This document shows, one piece after another, positions 11,145 through 20,533 of a stretch of DNA of 64,000 nt (the first letter of the stretch is position 1; every line of letters starts with the position of its first letter). The DNA is from Sedimentisphaerales bacterium (GTDB lineage: Bacteria; Planctomycetota; Phycisphaerae; Sedimentisphaerales; SM23-30), in assembly GCA_963663965.2 (NCBI GenBank), contig CAXXFK010000041.1:43723-107722 (forward strand), read 5' to 3'. The position numbers were made by a program, and so were the translations under genes. The notes beneath the pieces are model-generated. The model ran no database searches and was not told the DNA's origin. It saw only the letters and a program-made list of their open reading frames with translations.

Positions 11145-11405
11145 ATCTCCTTCTGAGGCGGACCTTCGGCCTTTGGGGTATTATTGGTATCCGCCGGAGG
11201 GCGGATGGTCAGTTTTATCTATCGCTGCAGAGCGATATCCTGGCGGTTCGCCTCTGCGAGGCGTGGGTTAAAAAATTAATTTCATGTTTGTGACCCAGGG
11301 TGACGCTCGTCCCGAAGGATCGGGATTCGCTCTGCCCTGGGCTATTTTATACCAGCCCGTTGGGCCGCTTTGGGTATCCGTCCTCCTGAGGCGGACCTGC
11401 GGCCT
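11145..11405. repeat. Cluster of short GC-rich palindromes (REP-like / miniature inverted repeats)
   Basis: A 28-nt unit CCGTCCTCCTGAGGCGGACCT(T/G)CGGCCT occurs at 11145-11172 (degenerate) and 11378-11405, with a third copy at 12731-12758. Other hairpins: ATCCGCC-GGAG-GGCGGAT (11189-11206), TATCGCT-GCAG-AGCGATA (11220-11237), CGCCTC-TGC-GAGGCG (11249-11263), CCCAGGG...CCCTGGG (11294-11341) enclosing GTCCCGA-AGGA-TCGGGAT (11309-11326), and GCCC-GTT-GGGC (11355-11365). Confidence 0.8.
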
Positions 11406-11518
11406 ATGTCGGATGGTTTTTTAATTTTTCGTTAAGATCAATTCTTTGTTGAGGTTATGGCAATATTTATGGGTATTGGGTTTGTTTCGCACCGGGTCAT
11501 GATGGTTGGTGGTTGATG

Positions 11519-12305
11519 TCAGTAGTGACGGCATTGGAGGGTGGTGTCGGTTGGGGTGTTCTGGGAATTTTCTGCCGGCGTGAATGGTTTTATGTCATTG
11601 TTATAATTTTGGTTATAGTCGTGATTATTGGTGTTGGGTTCGTTTGGCGCTGGGGGATAGTTGGAGTGGTTGGGGGCGTATTGATGGGGTGTTTGGTTCA
11701 AAGGATCGGGATGAGATTCGTAGCGTTCGTAGCTGGAAGTGTGGTGGTAGTTATGGGTTGGTTTGTTTGTTTCTAAGTTTTTGTTATTGTTTGTGTTATG
11801 GTTGAATTTGCCTTCTTTGGGTTCGTTTGGTATTGGTTGGGTTTCGGGTTGTTGGCCTGGTTCGGGGGTGGCGTTTGGGTCGCACTGGATGGCGGGGGTG
11901 ATCTGGTAGCCGGCTTCGAAGAGGATTTCTTTGGATTGCTGGATGATCTGCTGGTATTCCAGGTCGGTGGGCGGGCCATCGGGGAGGCAATCTTTGAAGG
12001 AGTTGGAAACGGTGATGAACTGACGGATGAGTTGGGCAGTAGCGCGGCGGGCGGTGACGTTGTTGTCGGAGCGGGGACTGGACGACGAGCCGTTGGAGGG
12101 CCTGGTGGCCGGCGCGGGTGGCGCGGAGTTTGTAGTCGCGGCGATCATAGGCGATCAGGCCGGCCAGTTCGCAGTGGTAGGAGTGGGTGTCGATGATATA
12201 TTGATGCTGGCGGCGGGTGGTGTTGATGGTGGCGAGGAAGATGTCATCAATTTCGGGGCGGTGGTAGTATTGGGCACGGGCGAGAATTTGCATGGAACGA
12301 TTCAT
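11519..12305 (-). pseudogene. Hypothetical protein (about 261 aa) with a low-complexity N/P/T/H-rich tail, split by one frameshift
   Basis: Strong AGGAGGT RBS before the ATG at 12305. ORFs 11796..12305 and 11519..12148 join by removing one G from the G4 run at 12073-12076 (LQRLVVQS|RSDNNVTARRATAQLIRQF). The tail contains PNEPK and PNEPN. Confidence 0.5.
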
Positions 12306-12484
12306 GTTATACCTCCTTTTAACCTTAATAATGTTTTGTGTTTGACCGTTAGTGGCCGACTGTTGGGATTATAGGTTGCATTTCAATAATAGTCAAATAA
12401 ATAATAATATTAATTGCAATAAATACATAATATAAGAAAATTTCACCGTGAAGTAAGTGAAGGGAGTGAAGAAACAGCCGGAGA

Positions 12485-13010
12485 GATAAGAAATATATAA
12501 CGGCCGATAAAACCGCAGATCCCGATGTACATCGGGACAGATAGACGCAGATAAAATAGATATAAGTTATTAAAATAAAAGAAGATATGGCTACGGAATC
12601 CGCGGAATACATGGAAGGGAATCAGGATGAAGTAGTTAAAATCAAAGAAGATAGAACTGCGAAAGGCACGAAAATAAAGAGTGGCGGGGCCACGAGTTAA
12701 AATATCTAAAGGCAGGGATTAACCACGAAGCCGTCCTCCTGAGGCGGATCTTCGACCTTCGGCTACACGAAGGGCGCCTACGGCGCTACACGAAGGATAA
12801 GAAAAAATATAACAGCCGGTTTATCCGGAGATAGACTTAGATAAAACAGATTTAAGTTATTTAAATAAAAGATGATATGACCACTGAATACACGGAACAC
12901 ACGGAAGAAATCAGGGTTAAGAAGTTAAAATCAAAGAAGATAGAACTGCGAATGGCACGAAAATAAAGGGTGGCTGCGCCACGAGTTGAATTTTTGAAGG
13001 AGGGGGTTTA
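12485..13010 (+). repeat. Diverged tandem duplication of an approximately 215-235 bp purine-rich non-coding unit built from 9-nt-period triplets
   Basis: Copy 1 (about 12485-12720) and copy 2 (about 12796-13010) share GATAAGAAA.., TAAGTTATT.AAATAAAAGA.GATATG, AGTTAAAATCAAAGAAGATAGAACTGCGAA.GGCACGAAAATAAAG.GTGGC..GCCACGAGTT. Confidence 0.85.
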
Positions 13011-13489
13011 TCGCAGAGTTTAGGAGGGCAAAGAGGGTAATGGCCGGGAGGGGGATGGACGGGTACGGACTTTCACTGACTGGCACGGACGGGGATATGG
13101 TGGGGGGAGGATGGGGCTTTTTGATGGGATAATTTTGGTTGATCGGGATTTTCTGGATGTTGACAGGATCAAGAAATTGGGGGGAATGAGTTCTGGTTTG
13201 AAATTCTGGTTGGGAGGTGATGTGTTCAATTATTTTTTGATTCTGTCATTCGCATGATTGTCAGGTGGGGATGGGTGTGTTAGAATTGCGGGATACCGGA
13301 ATATGGATTGAATTGGTCTTGTTTTAAGGAGTATTGATGAAGGATGAGTTATTGGAGCGATCTGTACACAAAGATATAATTAAAGACAGAACCAGATTGA
13401 CTATTATTACGATAAAAAATTAACTTATCGTGCCTGTCGAAAACCATCGTACTGATAAATTGGATGGCGAATCACTTAATTAGAACAAC

Positions 13490-14187
13490 ATGAATCAAGA
13501 AGCAACACATAATATTGAATTAAATTTTTATTATTTACATTCGAATGACGCAGAAATGTTTCTTCAGTGGGCTAAACAGGAAGAAAAAATAAAATCGAAA
13601 TTGAAGAGTATTCATGCTCGCCATGCAATTTTGGCAGCAATATTTGCAAGCGAATCTTTGATTAATCTTGTACTGGCTGATTTTTATATTCCAAGATCTG
13701 GTAGTGAAAGTATTGATAGGATGAGTTTGCATGATAAGTGGTTTGTTGCCCCACTCATATGCACAAATAATCAATCCATGAAAACTTTTGATAAAGCTGA
13801 AGAGCCATTTCAAAGCTTTAATGATTAATAAAAATTCGTAATTGGCTTGTTCATCCAAAACCAGATTTGATTATTGAAGGCAGATTAGTAAATGGCCAAA
13901 TAACCAACATTGAAACTGAAAAATCTTATCCTTGGCTAGAAACAATAAAAGGTGGCAATTGGTTACAAACAAAAATTCCCAAAAATCCATTTGAAATTAC
14001 CTCTACTCATGCAGAAAAAGTTATAAATATAATTAAAGATATGGAGCTAAAATTAAAAGAATTCATGCCTTATCAAATAACTGATGAATGGCTAAATCGA
14101 ATAAAATTTAAGAATAAAAAAACTGGCAAAGTGGAGCATACCTCAACTGAAGCTCTTTGGGGTGGGTACACTCCAAATGATGACTGA
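13490..14187 (+). pseudogene. HEPN-like (RxxxxH) protein, AT-rich, split by a 1-nt deletion
   Basis: ORFs 13490..13828 and 13867..14187 join by adding one T at about 13825, giving FQSFNDLIKIRNWLVHPKP. The N-terminal helix is LAAIFASESLIN. Confidence 0.6.
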
Positions 14188-14254
14188 TGATAAATTTTGA
14201 GAAGCTTTTATTTATAGAACAGCATAGAAAGCTATGCATGCCCCCTGATATTTC

Positions 14255-14329
14255 TGTTCGCCGGTTGTGTTCTTGGTACAAGGTTTTGCAATGTAGATTA
14301 GAGAGTATTTAACGATTATAAAATGATAA
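14255..14329 (+). repeat. Degenerate copy of the 3' end of the downstream membrane-protein gene
   Basis: 61/75 nt identical to 15142-15216 by manual alignment. It carries an in-frame TAG. Confidence 0.85.
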
Positions 14330-14535
14330 TTTTTCTACGCAATTAAGGTCATTATTATAGAAGGAGAATAAATCGGAACAGCTTTCATCTCTAATGAAGA
14401 AAACAGGGGATTCCGGTGATATGGATGAATCCAAGTGTTTCAGGTGTAACCTGAGTAAAGTGGGATGAGTTGATTTAAAGAAACGTATGGGCGGCGCTTG
14501 CCGTACTGGTTGAGATTAATATAAAAGGTGAAGTA

Positions 14536-15213
14536 ATGATCGATAGACAGGCAAGAGATTTGGCGATATTGGCGATTGAGGCGTTTTTGGATGACCGGAT
14601 GGGGGCGTTTGAGTTTGCTGAACGGCTTGGTGAGATCAAGACGGAAGATGCTACGGTCAGGTATGTCGTTAAGGTGGCGTGGTATCATTATGATGATTGC
14701 CGGGATCACAAGGTGTGCTTCAGCAAGCAGCAATGGGATCTTTTTCAAAGGCTGCTGTTGCTGTTGAGTTCTGACCTGGAGATAGTGGTGGTAAAGAAGA
14801 AGCGGTGGGCGTGGGATCATGGGCTGGCGCTGGCCGGGCTGGTGGGATTTCTTGGGCTGGCATTTTATACGGGCTGGGGAGAGCACCTGTTTGCCCTGAC
14901 GATACCATTTGGGGCGCTATCGATGCTCATTTCTTTTTACCGGGCACGTGCCATCAAAGGGCTGTCAACCTTTGAGCTGGCGTGTTATCCTTTTACGGCT
15001 ATCGCACCAATTGCCTTGCTGAAAGAGCACGCACCGCAGTTTGTGAAACGACGGTATCGCAAGGAGATTGGGGAACGGATAGTGTGGAGTGACTCTGAAC
15101 AGAAGTTTAATCATTTGAGGACTGTGGTACCGTGGCTGCTTTGTTCGCCGGTTGTGCTATTGGTACAAAGTTTTGCGATGACGGTTAGAGAATATGCGAC
15201 GATTAAGGAATGA
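14536..15213 (+). CDS. Hypothetical membrane protein
   Basis: 225-aa ORF with an AAAGGTG RBS, two central hydrophobic helices and one C-terminal hydrophobic helix. Confidence 0.7.
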   Translation: MIDRQARDLAILAIEAFLDDRMGAFEFAERLGEIKTEDATVRYVVKVAWYHYDDCRDHKVCFSKQQWDLFQRLLLLLSSDLEIVVVKKKRWAWDHGLALAGLVGFLGLAFYTGWGEHLFALTIPFGALSMLISFYRARAIKGLSTFELACYPFTAIAPIALLKEHAPQFVKRRYRKEIGERIVWSDSEQKFNHLRTVVPWLLCSPVVLLVQSFAMTVREYATIKE

Positions 15214-15250
15214 TAAGGAAGGGAAGCTGTTTTGACCAGTTACGTGAAAT

Positions 15251-15283
15251 AAAAAAGCCCCGCCGGAGTCTTCCGGCGGGGCG
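15251..15283. terminator. Intrinsic terminator between convergent genes
   Basis: AAAAAA-GCCCCGCCGGA-GTCT-TCCGGCGGGGC. The U-tract is on the minus strand, after the LamG gene. Confidence 0.85.
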
Positions 15284-15315
15284 TCAATCCTAAAATTAAA
15301 GTCCGATTGGGTCCA

Positions 15316-17685
15316 TTACTGGATGCAATCGGGCAGGATGGAGCAATCGAGCCATTCGGCGGAGAAAATGGCGATATCGAGGATATTGACGATACAGTCA
15401 TTGTTGAGGTCGAAGGTGGCTGCGGGGCGGATTGACTGGACGCAGGCGGACATGCCGGGTGCGTCCTGAACGTAGAGGCGTGCGACGTCCATTTCGCTCA
15501 TGGAGTAGTTATAGATCCGGACGTTGTCCAGACTGCCATTCATCCATTCGCGCGGGTTGATGTCGAAGCCGTTACCGCCGAGACAGATGGGGGCGTCCGT
15601 GGCGTTTCCAAAGTGGAACGCGGCGCTGACCTTCTGTTCGCCGTTGATATAAAGAACGCCATTGGTTCCGTCGGTAGTGACGGTGACCTGCTGCCACTGG
15701 CCTTCAGTACCGCCGATCTGGGTGGCGAGGAGATTGTCGGGAGACTGCCACCAGAGTTCGGTGTTGTTGTCACCGGTACAGATCTGCCAGTAGACGTTGG
15801 CGTCGCCCCAGTCGTTGCCGTTACGTTTGGCGATGAAGCTCTGCCAGGTGCCGTTGGCGCCGGTCCAGTTGAGCCAGAAGCTGACGGTGATCTGGCCGGA
15901 GAATTGGGATGGATTCCAGGATCCAACGTTGGCCCAGCTATCGGTGGTGGGGTATGGATCGGTGGAAACGCGGGCGATATTAACGCCTTCGCCAATCTGG
16001 CCGGAGACAAAGGCCGGGGCGCCGTTGGGATCGGCATGGTGGCCTTCGCCGGTGACGTCAAGATACTGGCCGTCGACAAAGTCAACCGCATCCATGGTCC
16101 AGTGAGCGACGATACGCCGGACGGCCAGAGGGGCGGTCGCGGAGGTAGCCGTGCCGCCGGAATTAGTGACAATACAATAGTAGTAGCCTTCATCGGAGGT
16201 TTGAGCTTCAGTGAGGCTCAAGGTATTGACAAGTGACGGTTCGCTGATGGTTGTATCGTCATCCAGGGTATTGTTGGCGTTATCAGTGGACATAAACCAT
16301 TGATAGTATGCGTCAGAGATACTGGAAACGGTGACGGAGAATTCGGCGGTGTCATCGGGAGCGACGATAACCCGCTGAGGTTGTTTGGTGATGATAGGAA
16401 TGCTCTTGATGGTGTCAAATTGCCAGACCGGGCCGGTGATCGTGTTGGGATCGGTTGGGCCGGTGCCGTTGGTGCTTTGATCCACGCGCCAGTAATAGGT
16501 CTGGTCCATCAGCCGGGTGGTGGTGAAACTGGCCGTGGCGCCGATGGGGGAACTGACGGAGAGGGTTTCCATATCGGTTGAGGGCAGGTTGGGGTCCGTC
16601 GACAGATAGAGATAGTAGGCGGTGATTTCGGGATTTACCACGTTGAGGTTGTCGGGATCCATACCGGTGTTCCAGGCGACGGTGACTTCCACATCACTGT
16701 TGCTGCCGGTCGAGGCGCCGACGTCGGTCTGGCCATCTGCCGGAGAAGGGTTCCAGGCGATGACACGTGGGGAATGGAGGAATTCGATCGGATCGAGGGC
16801 TTTGTTAGAGATACGGACTTCGTCAATATAGCCATAGGCGCGGTCGGTATGTCCGCCGGCGTAGAGACCACGTCCCACTGACCAGCCGCCGGCATGCCAA
16901 TCTCCACCATCTTCGGTACCGTTGGTTAAACGGGTATCGGGGCTGCCGCTCAGGGTGAGGTCGGTCTGGGCAACGAGTTGATAGCCGGTACCGGCGTCAA
17001 CATCATCGAGATACAGAGAAAGGGTTTTGCCATCGCAGACGGCGGCCATGTTATACCAGTGACCAGTCAGGCCGTCCGGATCGTTGCCATAAATAAAGCC
17101 CTGGGTGATACCCGTAACGGAGGTGGCTTCATGCCAATAGCCTGAGACGTCTGCAAAGGCAATAGAAACATCGTCGTCCGGATTGATTTTGAAATACAGA
17201 CAGGCCAGATCACCATTTGAAGTGCCCACATTGCGGCCGTCACGGCCTACGTAAGTACGGTGTCCGCCGTCTTCAGGTTTGAAAGAGGCTTCGATAGTCC
17301 ATTCGAGAGGAGTCATGGCTTCAATGTCGATACCGGTGGGATTGCTGTAGGCTGAATAGGTAAAAGTTGCCGGCCAGCTACTATTGTTTTTAATGGAAAA
17401 GTTGTTGGTCGCGCCATTAAACGGCAAAGATGAGGTGGGGACATCGGTACGGTAGAGAAAACCCGCCCCCCCTTGATCCCAGACAGCCAGATGATTGCCA
17501 TTTCCAGACACATCCGGAATGTCCAGGCTGTAATTGTAGCCGTTGACCCCTCCGGTTCGTTGAATCAGGGTGTTGGCCGGACCGGTTTCAAAGCGCCAGT
17601 AGGCGACGGTGGCAGCGTGGGCGCTGGTGATTGCCAGGGCCAGGGTACAGACGATCATCAGACAGCACAGTAAAGTTCTTCTCAT
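15316..17685 (-). CDS. Secreted LamG-like (ConA) x2 + immunoglobulin domain protein with dockerin-like C-terminus
   Basis: Signal peptide, VAYWRFE / GYIDEVRIS, AWNPSPADG...YYWRVD, Ig domain (PIITKQP...DEGYYYCIVTN), a second LamG (GSLDNVRIYNY) and a DLNNDCIVNILDIAIFSAEWL tail. Confidence 0.85.
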   Translation of the reverse strand: MRRTLLCCLMIVCTLALAITSAHAATVAYWRFETGPANTLIQRTGGVNGYNYSLDIPDVSGNGNHLAVWDQGGAGFLYRTDVPTSSLPFNGATNNFSIKNNSSWPATFTYSAYSNPTGIDIEAMTPLEWTIEASFKPEDGGHRTYVGRDGRNVGTSNGDLACLYFKINPDDDVSIAFADVSGYWHEATSVTGITQGFIYGNDPDGLTGHWYNMAAVCDGKTLSLYLDDVDAGTGYQLVAQTDLTLSGSPDTRLTNGTEDGGDWHAGGWSVGRGLYAGGHTDRAYGYIDEVRISNKALDPIEFLHSPRVIAWNPSPADGQTDVGASTGSNSDVEVTVAWNTGMDPDNLNVVNPEITAYYLYLSTDPNLPSTDMETLSVSSPIGATASFTTTRLMDQTYYWRVDQSTNGTGPTDPNTITGPVWQFDTIKSIPIITKQPQRVIVAPDDTAEFSVTVSSISDAYYQWFMSTDNANNTLDDDTTISEPSLVNTLSLTEAQTSDEGYYYCIVTNSGGTATSATAPLAVRRIVAHWTMDAVDFVDGQYLDVTGEGHHADPNGAPAFVSGQIGEGVNIARVSTDPYPTTDSWANVGSWNPSQFSGQITVSFWLNWTGANGTWQSFIAKRNGNDWGDANVYWQICTGDNNTELWWQSPDNLLATQIGGTEGQWQQVTVTTDGTNGVLYINGEQKVSAAFHFGNATDAPICLGGNGFDINPREWMNGSLDNVRIYNYSMSEMDVARLYVQDAPGMSACVQSIRPAATFDLNNDCIVNILDIAIFSAEWLDCSILPDCIQ

Positions 17686-18308
17686 TTTGGCACCTCATAA
17701 AAGAATTAGGGTTTAAAAGGTTGGTCCGATAACGCAAGTAATCGAATCGGTTATTTGCTTTACGTCATAAATTGGACCAAGGAAATACACTGATAAATAA
17801 ACAGGGGTGAAATTGTAGTCCTTTTCTTCTGTTTAAATAATCCGGGAAAGATACGGCCCGGATTCTTCTGCTTTTCAAATTATACTCCCCAGATAGACGG
17901 AATTCCTTAATAAAAATCCAGTCTGGAATTTTCTGGCTCTCTTTCAGTTGTTTATTATTTATAAAACAATACATAAAATATTATTATCAGGTAAACAAGG
18001 ATTCTCTTTCTGTAGCATTTTATCGGCTTGGATTGAAGGTGATTGAATCGAAATAATCAGCGAAAAAAGAGAAAAGACGGCTGGAGGGCGGCCCAAGATG
18101 GCCGGTATAATGATTGACAAGGCGCAATTGATAGGATATCATAGCTGATCTAGCCTGAATCTGGCAGAGTTATAAAGAAAGATATATAAGTTATGGTGTT
18201 GATAAGGCATAATTTATAATGTCAGATGGCAGGAGATTTTCTGATGATCTGAAAGCCGTAAACGGCAAGTTTAAATCCAGTATAAGACCTACTATGGAGG
18301 TATTTGAA

Positions 18309-19385
18309 TTGTATAATGTGACGATGATACGCGGAGATGGTATCGGACCTGAAATCGCGGAAGCAACGATGCGCTGTGTGGACGCGACGGGCGCCAAGAT
18401 CAACTGGGATATCCAGGAAGCGGGCGTGGATGTGATGGAGACGGCCGGTACGCCGCTGCCGGAGGCGACGCTGCAATCGATCGAAAAAACTGACGCGGCG
18501 ATCAAGGCTCCGATTACGACCCCGGTGGGGACGGGATTTCGCAGTATCAATGTGCATCTTCGTCAGCATTTTGATTTGTATTCCTGTTTGAGGCCATGTA
18601 AAAGCTATGAAGGGGTTCGGAGCAAATATGATGCCATCGATCTGGTACTTGTGCGCGAGAATACGGAAGACTGTTATGCCGGCATCGAATTTCAAAAAGG
18701 AGATGACGAAACGCTGGAACTGATCGGCTGGATCAACCAGCACAGCAAACGTCAGATCGGGCCGAACGCGGGCATTACCATTAAGCCGATTTCGGTGGAA
18801 GGGACGGACCGGATTGTGCGTTTTGCGTTCGATTACGCGCGGGCCAACGGCCGCCAAAAGGTGACGAGCGTCCATAAGGCGAATATAATGAAGCATACGG
18901 ACGGGTTGTTTCTGGAGGTGAGCCGTCAGGTGGCGAAGGATTATCCGGATATTGAATTTGAGGATCGGATTGTCGACAATATGTGTATGCAACTGGTGCA
19001 GAAGCCTGAGTTGTATGATGTGATTGTATTGCCGAATTTGTATGGCGATATATTGAGTGATCTGTGCGCGGGCCTGGTTGGCGGTCTGGGAATGGCTCCG
19101 GGCGCCAATATTGGCAAGGATAAGGCGATCTTCGAGGCGACGCATGGCAGCGCGCCGAAATACAAGGGGCAGAACAAGGTGAATCCGACGGCTCTGATCC
19201 TGTCGGCGATGCTGATGCTGCGTCATCTGGAATTGCGTGAAGAAGCGGATCGCCTGGAAAACGCGGTGGCGGCGGTGATCGCGGAAGGCAAGGATGTGAC
19301 GTATGATATGAAGCTGGATCGTAACGATCCGACCGCTGTGGGTACGAGCCAGATGGCCGACGCGATAATCGCGAAGATGAAATAG
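18309..19385 (+). CDS. icd: Isocitrate/isopropylmalate dehydrogenase family protein (probable NAD-dependent isocitrate dehydrogenase)
   Basis: [46 protein letters not shown] and FEATHGSAP motifs. A TTG start at 18309 follows GGAGG at 18296-18300. Confidence 0.8.
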   Translation: MYNVTMIRGDGIGPEIAEATMRCVDATGAKINWDIQEAGVDVMETAGTPLPEATLQSIEKTDAAIKAPITTPVGTGFRSINVHLRQHFDLYSCLRPCKSYEGVRSKYDAIDLVLVRENTEDCYAGIEFQKGDDETLELIGWINQHSKRQIGPNAGITIKPISVEGTDRIVRFAFDYARANGRQKVTSVHKANIMKHTDGLFLEVSRQVAKDYPDIEFEDRIVDNMCMQLVQKPELYDVIVLPNLYGDILSDLCAGLVGGLGMAPGANIGKDKAIFEATHGSAPKYKGQNKVNPTALILSAMLMLRHLELREEADRLENAVAAVIAEGKDVTYDMKLDRNDPTAVGTSQMADAIIAKMK

Positions 19386-19426
19386 GCAACTGGAGTCGAA
19401 CTGCCGCGGGGCAGGATAGATGGAAT

Positions 19427-19462
19427 AAAACGCGGGGGAACGAGAATCTCCCGCGATTTTTT
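19427..19462 (+). terminator. Probable intrinsic terminator after icd
   Basis: CGCGGG...CCCGCG stem followed by ATTTTTT. Confidence 0.5.
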
Positions 19463-19495
19463 ATTTTGGGTTCGTCCCCAAAAAGCGGGCGTAGT

Positions 19496-20533
19496 ATGGC
19501 ATCGATGCGTATCAGGCAAATCATGAGTGGCGAGGCAACCGGGTGGGGAGCGGATATGACCCGTATGCTGCTGGGGGGCGCGGCGGGATGGTATAGCCGG
19601 ATCATCAGGGTACGTAATCGCAATTATGATGCGGGGAAGGGGGTGTTTCGATTGGAGGCGCCGGTGGTGAGTGTGGGGAATATTACTGCCGGAGGGACAG
19701 GAAAAACTCCGATGGTGATCTGGCTGGCGAAGGCGTTGCGGGCGATGGGGCGCAGGCCGGCGATTCTGTCGAGAGGGTATGGCGATCAGCAGGGCTGGAA
19801 TGATGAGAACCGGTTGTTGAAGACGCTGCTGCCTGATGTTCCGGTGGTGATTGACAGCGACCGGGTGGCTGGTGGGCAGCGGGCTATCGCCGAGGCTGGG
19901 GCGGATCTGTTGATTCTGGATGATGGTTTTCAACATCGGCGGCTGGGGCGGGATCTGGATATGGTATTGATTGACGCAACCTGTCCGTTTGGATATGGTT
20001 ATGTCTTGCCGCGAGGATTGTTGCGTGAGCCGGTTGAGAACCTGAGGCGGGCGGGGCTGATTGTTATTACCCGCAGTGATATGATCGACGCGGATGAGCT
20101 TGAAAAGCTGGAAGAAAAAATTGCAGAAGTAGCGGGGCAGGCGGTTCCGATCCTTCATGCGGTCCATCAGCCGGTTGATCTGGTGGGTGAGGCCGGTGAG
20201 AAGGCTTTGGGTGAACTGGCGGGAAAAAAGGTGCTGGCGTTTTGTACGATTGGAAATGCCGGGGCGTTTGCTCAGCAGATCAGAGGATTGGGAGCAACGG
20301 TTATGTCGGTGAGTTTTGCCGATCATGGTGGTTATGATGAGATGAAACTGGAGCAATTGAAGAGCAGGGCTGAAGCGTTTCAGGCGGATTGGTGCGTGAC
20401 TACGGAAAAGGACTGGATGAAACTTCGGGAGATGGAAAGCGCCAGACAATGGCGGGAATTATATCGAATGCGGATAACACTGGAAATTACAAGGGGATAT
20501 GATATATTAGCCGATAAATTGAGAAGCTTATGA
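19496..20533 (+). CDS. lpxK: Tetraacyldisaccharide 4'-kinase
   Basis: VVSVGNITAGGTGKTP, LSRGYG, DDGFQH, LPRGLLREP, FADH and TTEKD motifs. Confidence 0.95.
   Translation: MASMRIRQIMSGEATGWGADMTRMLLGGAAGWYSRIIRVRNRNYDAGKGVFRLEAPVVSVGNITAGGTGKTPMVIWLAKALRAMGRRPAILSRGYGDQQGWNDENRLLKTLLPDVPVVIDSDRVAGGQRAIAEAGADLLILDDGFQHRRLGRDLDMVLIDATCPFGYGYVLPRGLLREPVENLRRAGLIVITRSDMIDADELEKLEEKIAEVAGQAVPILHAVHQPVDLVGEAGEKALGELAGKKVLAFCTIGNAGAFAQQIRGLGATVMSVSFADHGGYDEMKLEQLKSRAEAFQADWCVTTEKDWMKLREMESARQWRELYRMRITLEITRGYDILADKLRSL

Noticed and set aside
11513..12374. Plus-strand ORFs rich in V/G/W/F that look like membrane proteins
   Set aside because: They are shadows of the N/P/T/H-rich minus-strand gene, which has the clear RBS.
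12440..13010. CRISPR array
   Set aside because: There are no identical 25-40 nt repeats with unique spacers and no cas genes. The pattern is a two-copy duplication plus short triplets.
13337..13423. 28-codon ORF with AAGGAG RBS (MKDELLERSV...)
   Set aside because: Too short, with no recognisable motif. It may be a gene relic but cannot be supported.
14255..15216. DGR template/variable repeat pair (the repeat sits at a gene 3' end)
   Set aside because: The 14 mismatches are not confined to adenines of one copy on either strand, and there is no reverse transcriptase in the window.
18222..20449. Long minus-strand ORFs (334 aa, 280 aa, 408 aa)
   Set aside because: They are antisense shadows of the GC-rich icd and lpxK genes and show no motifs.
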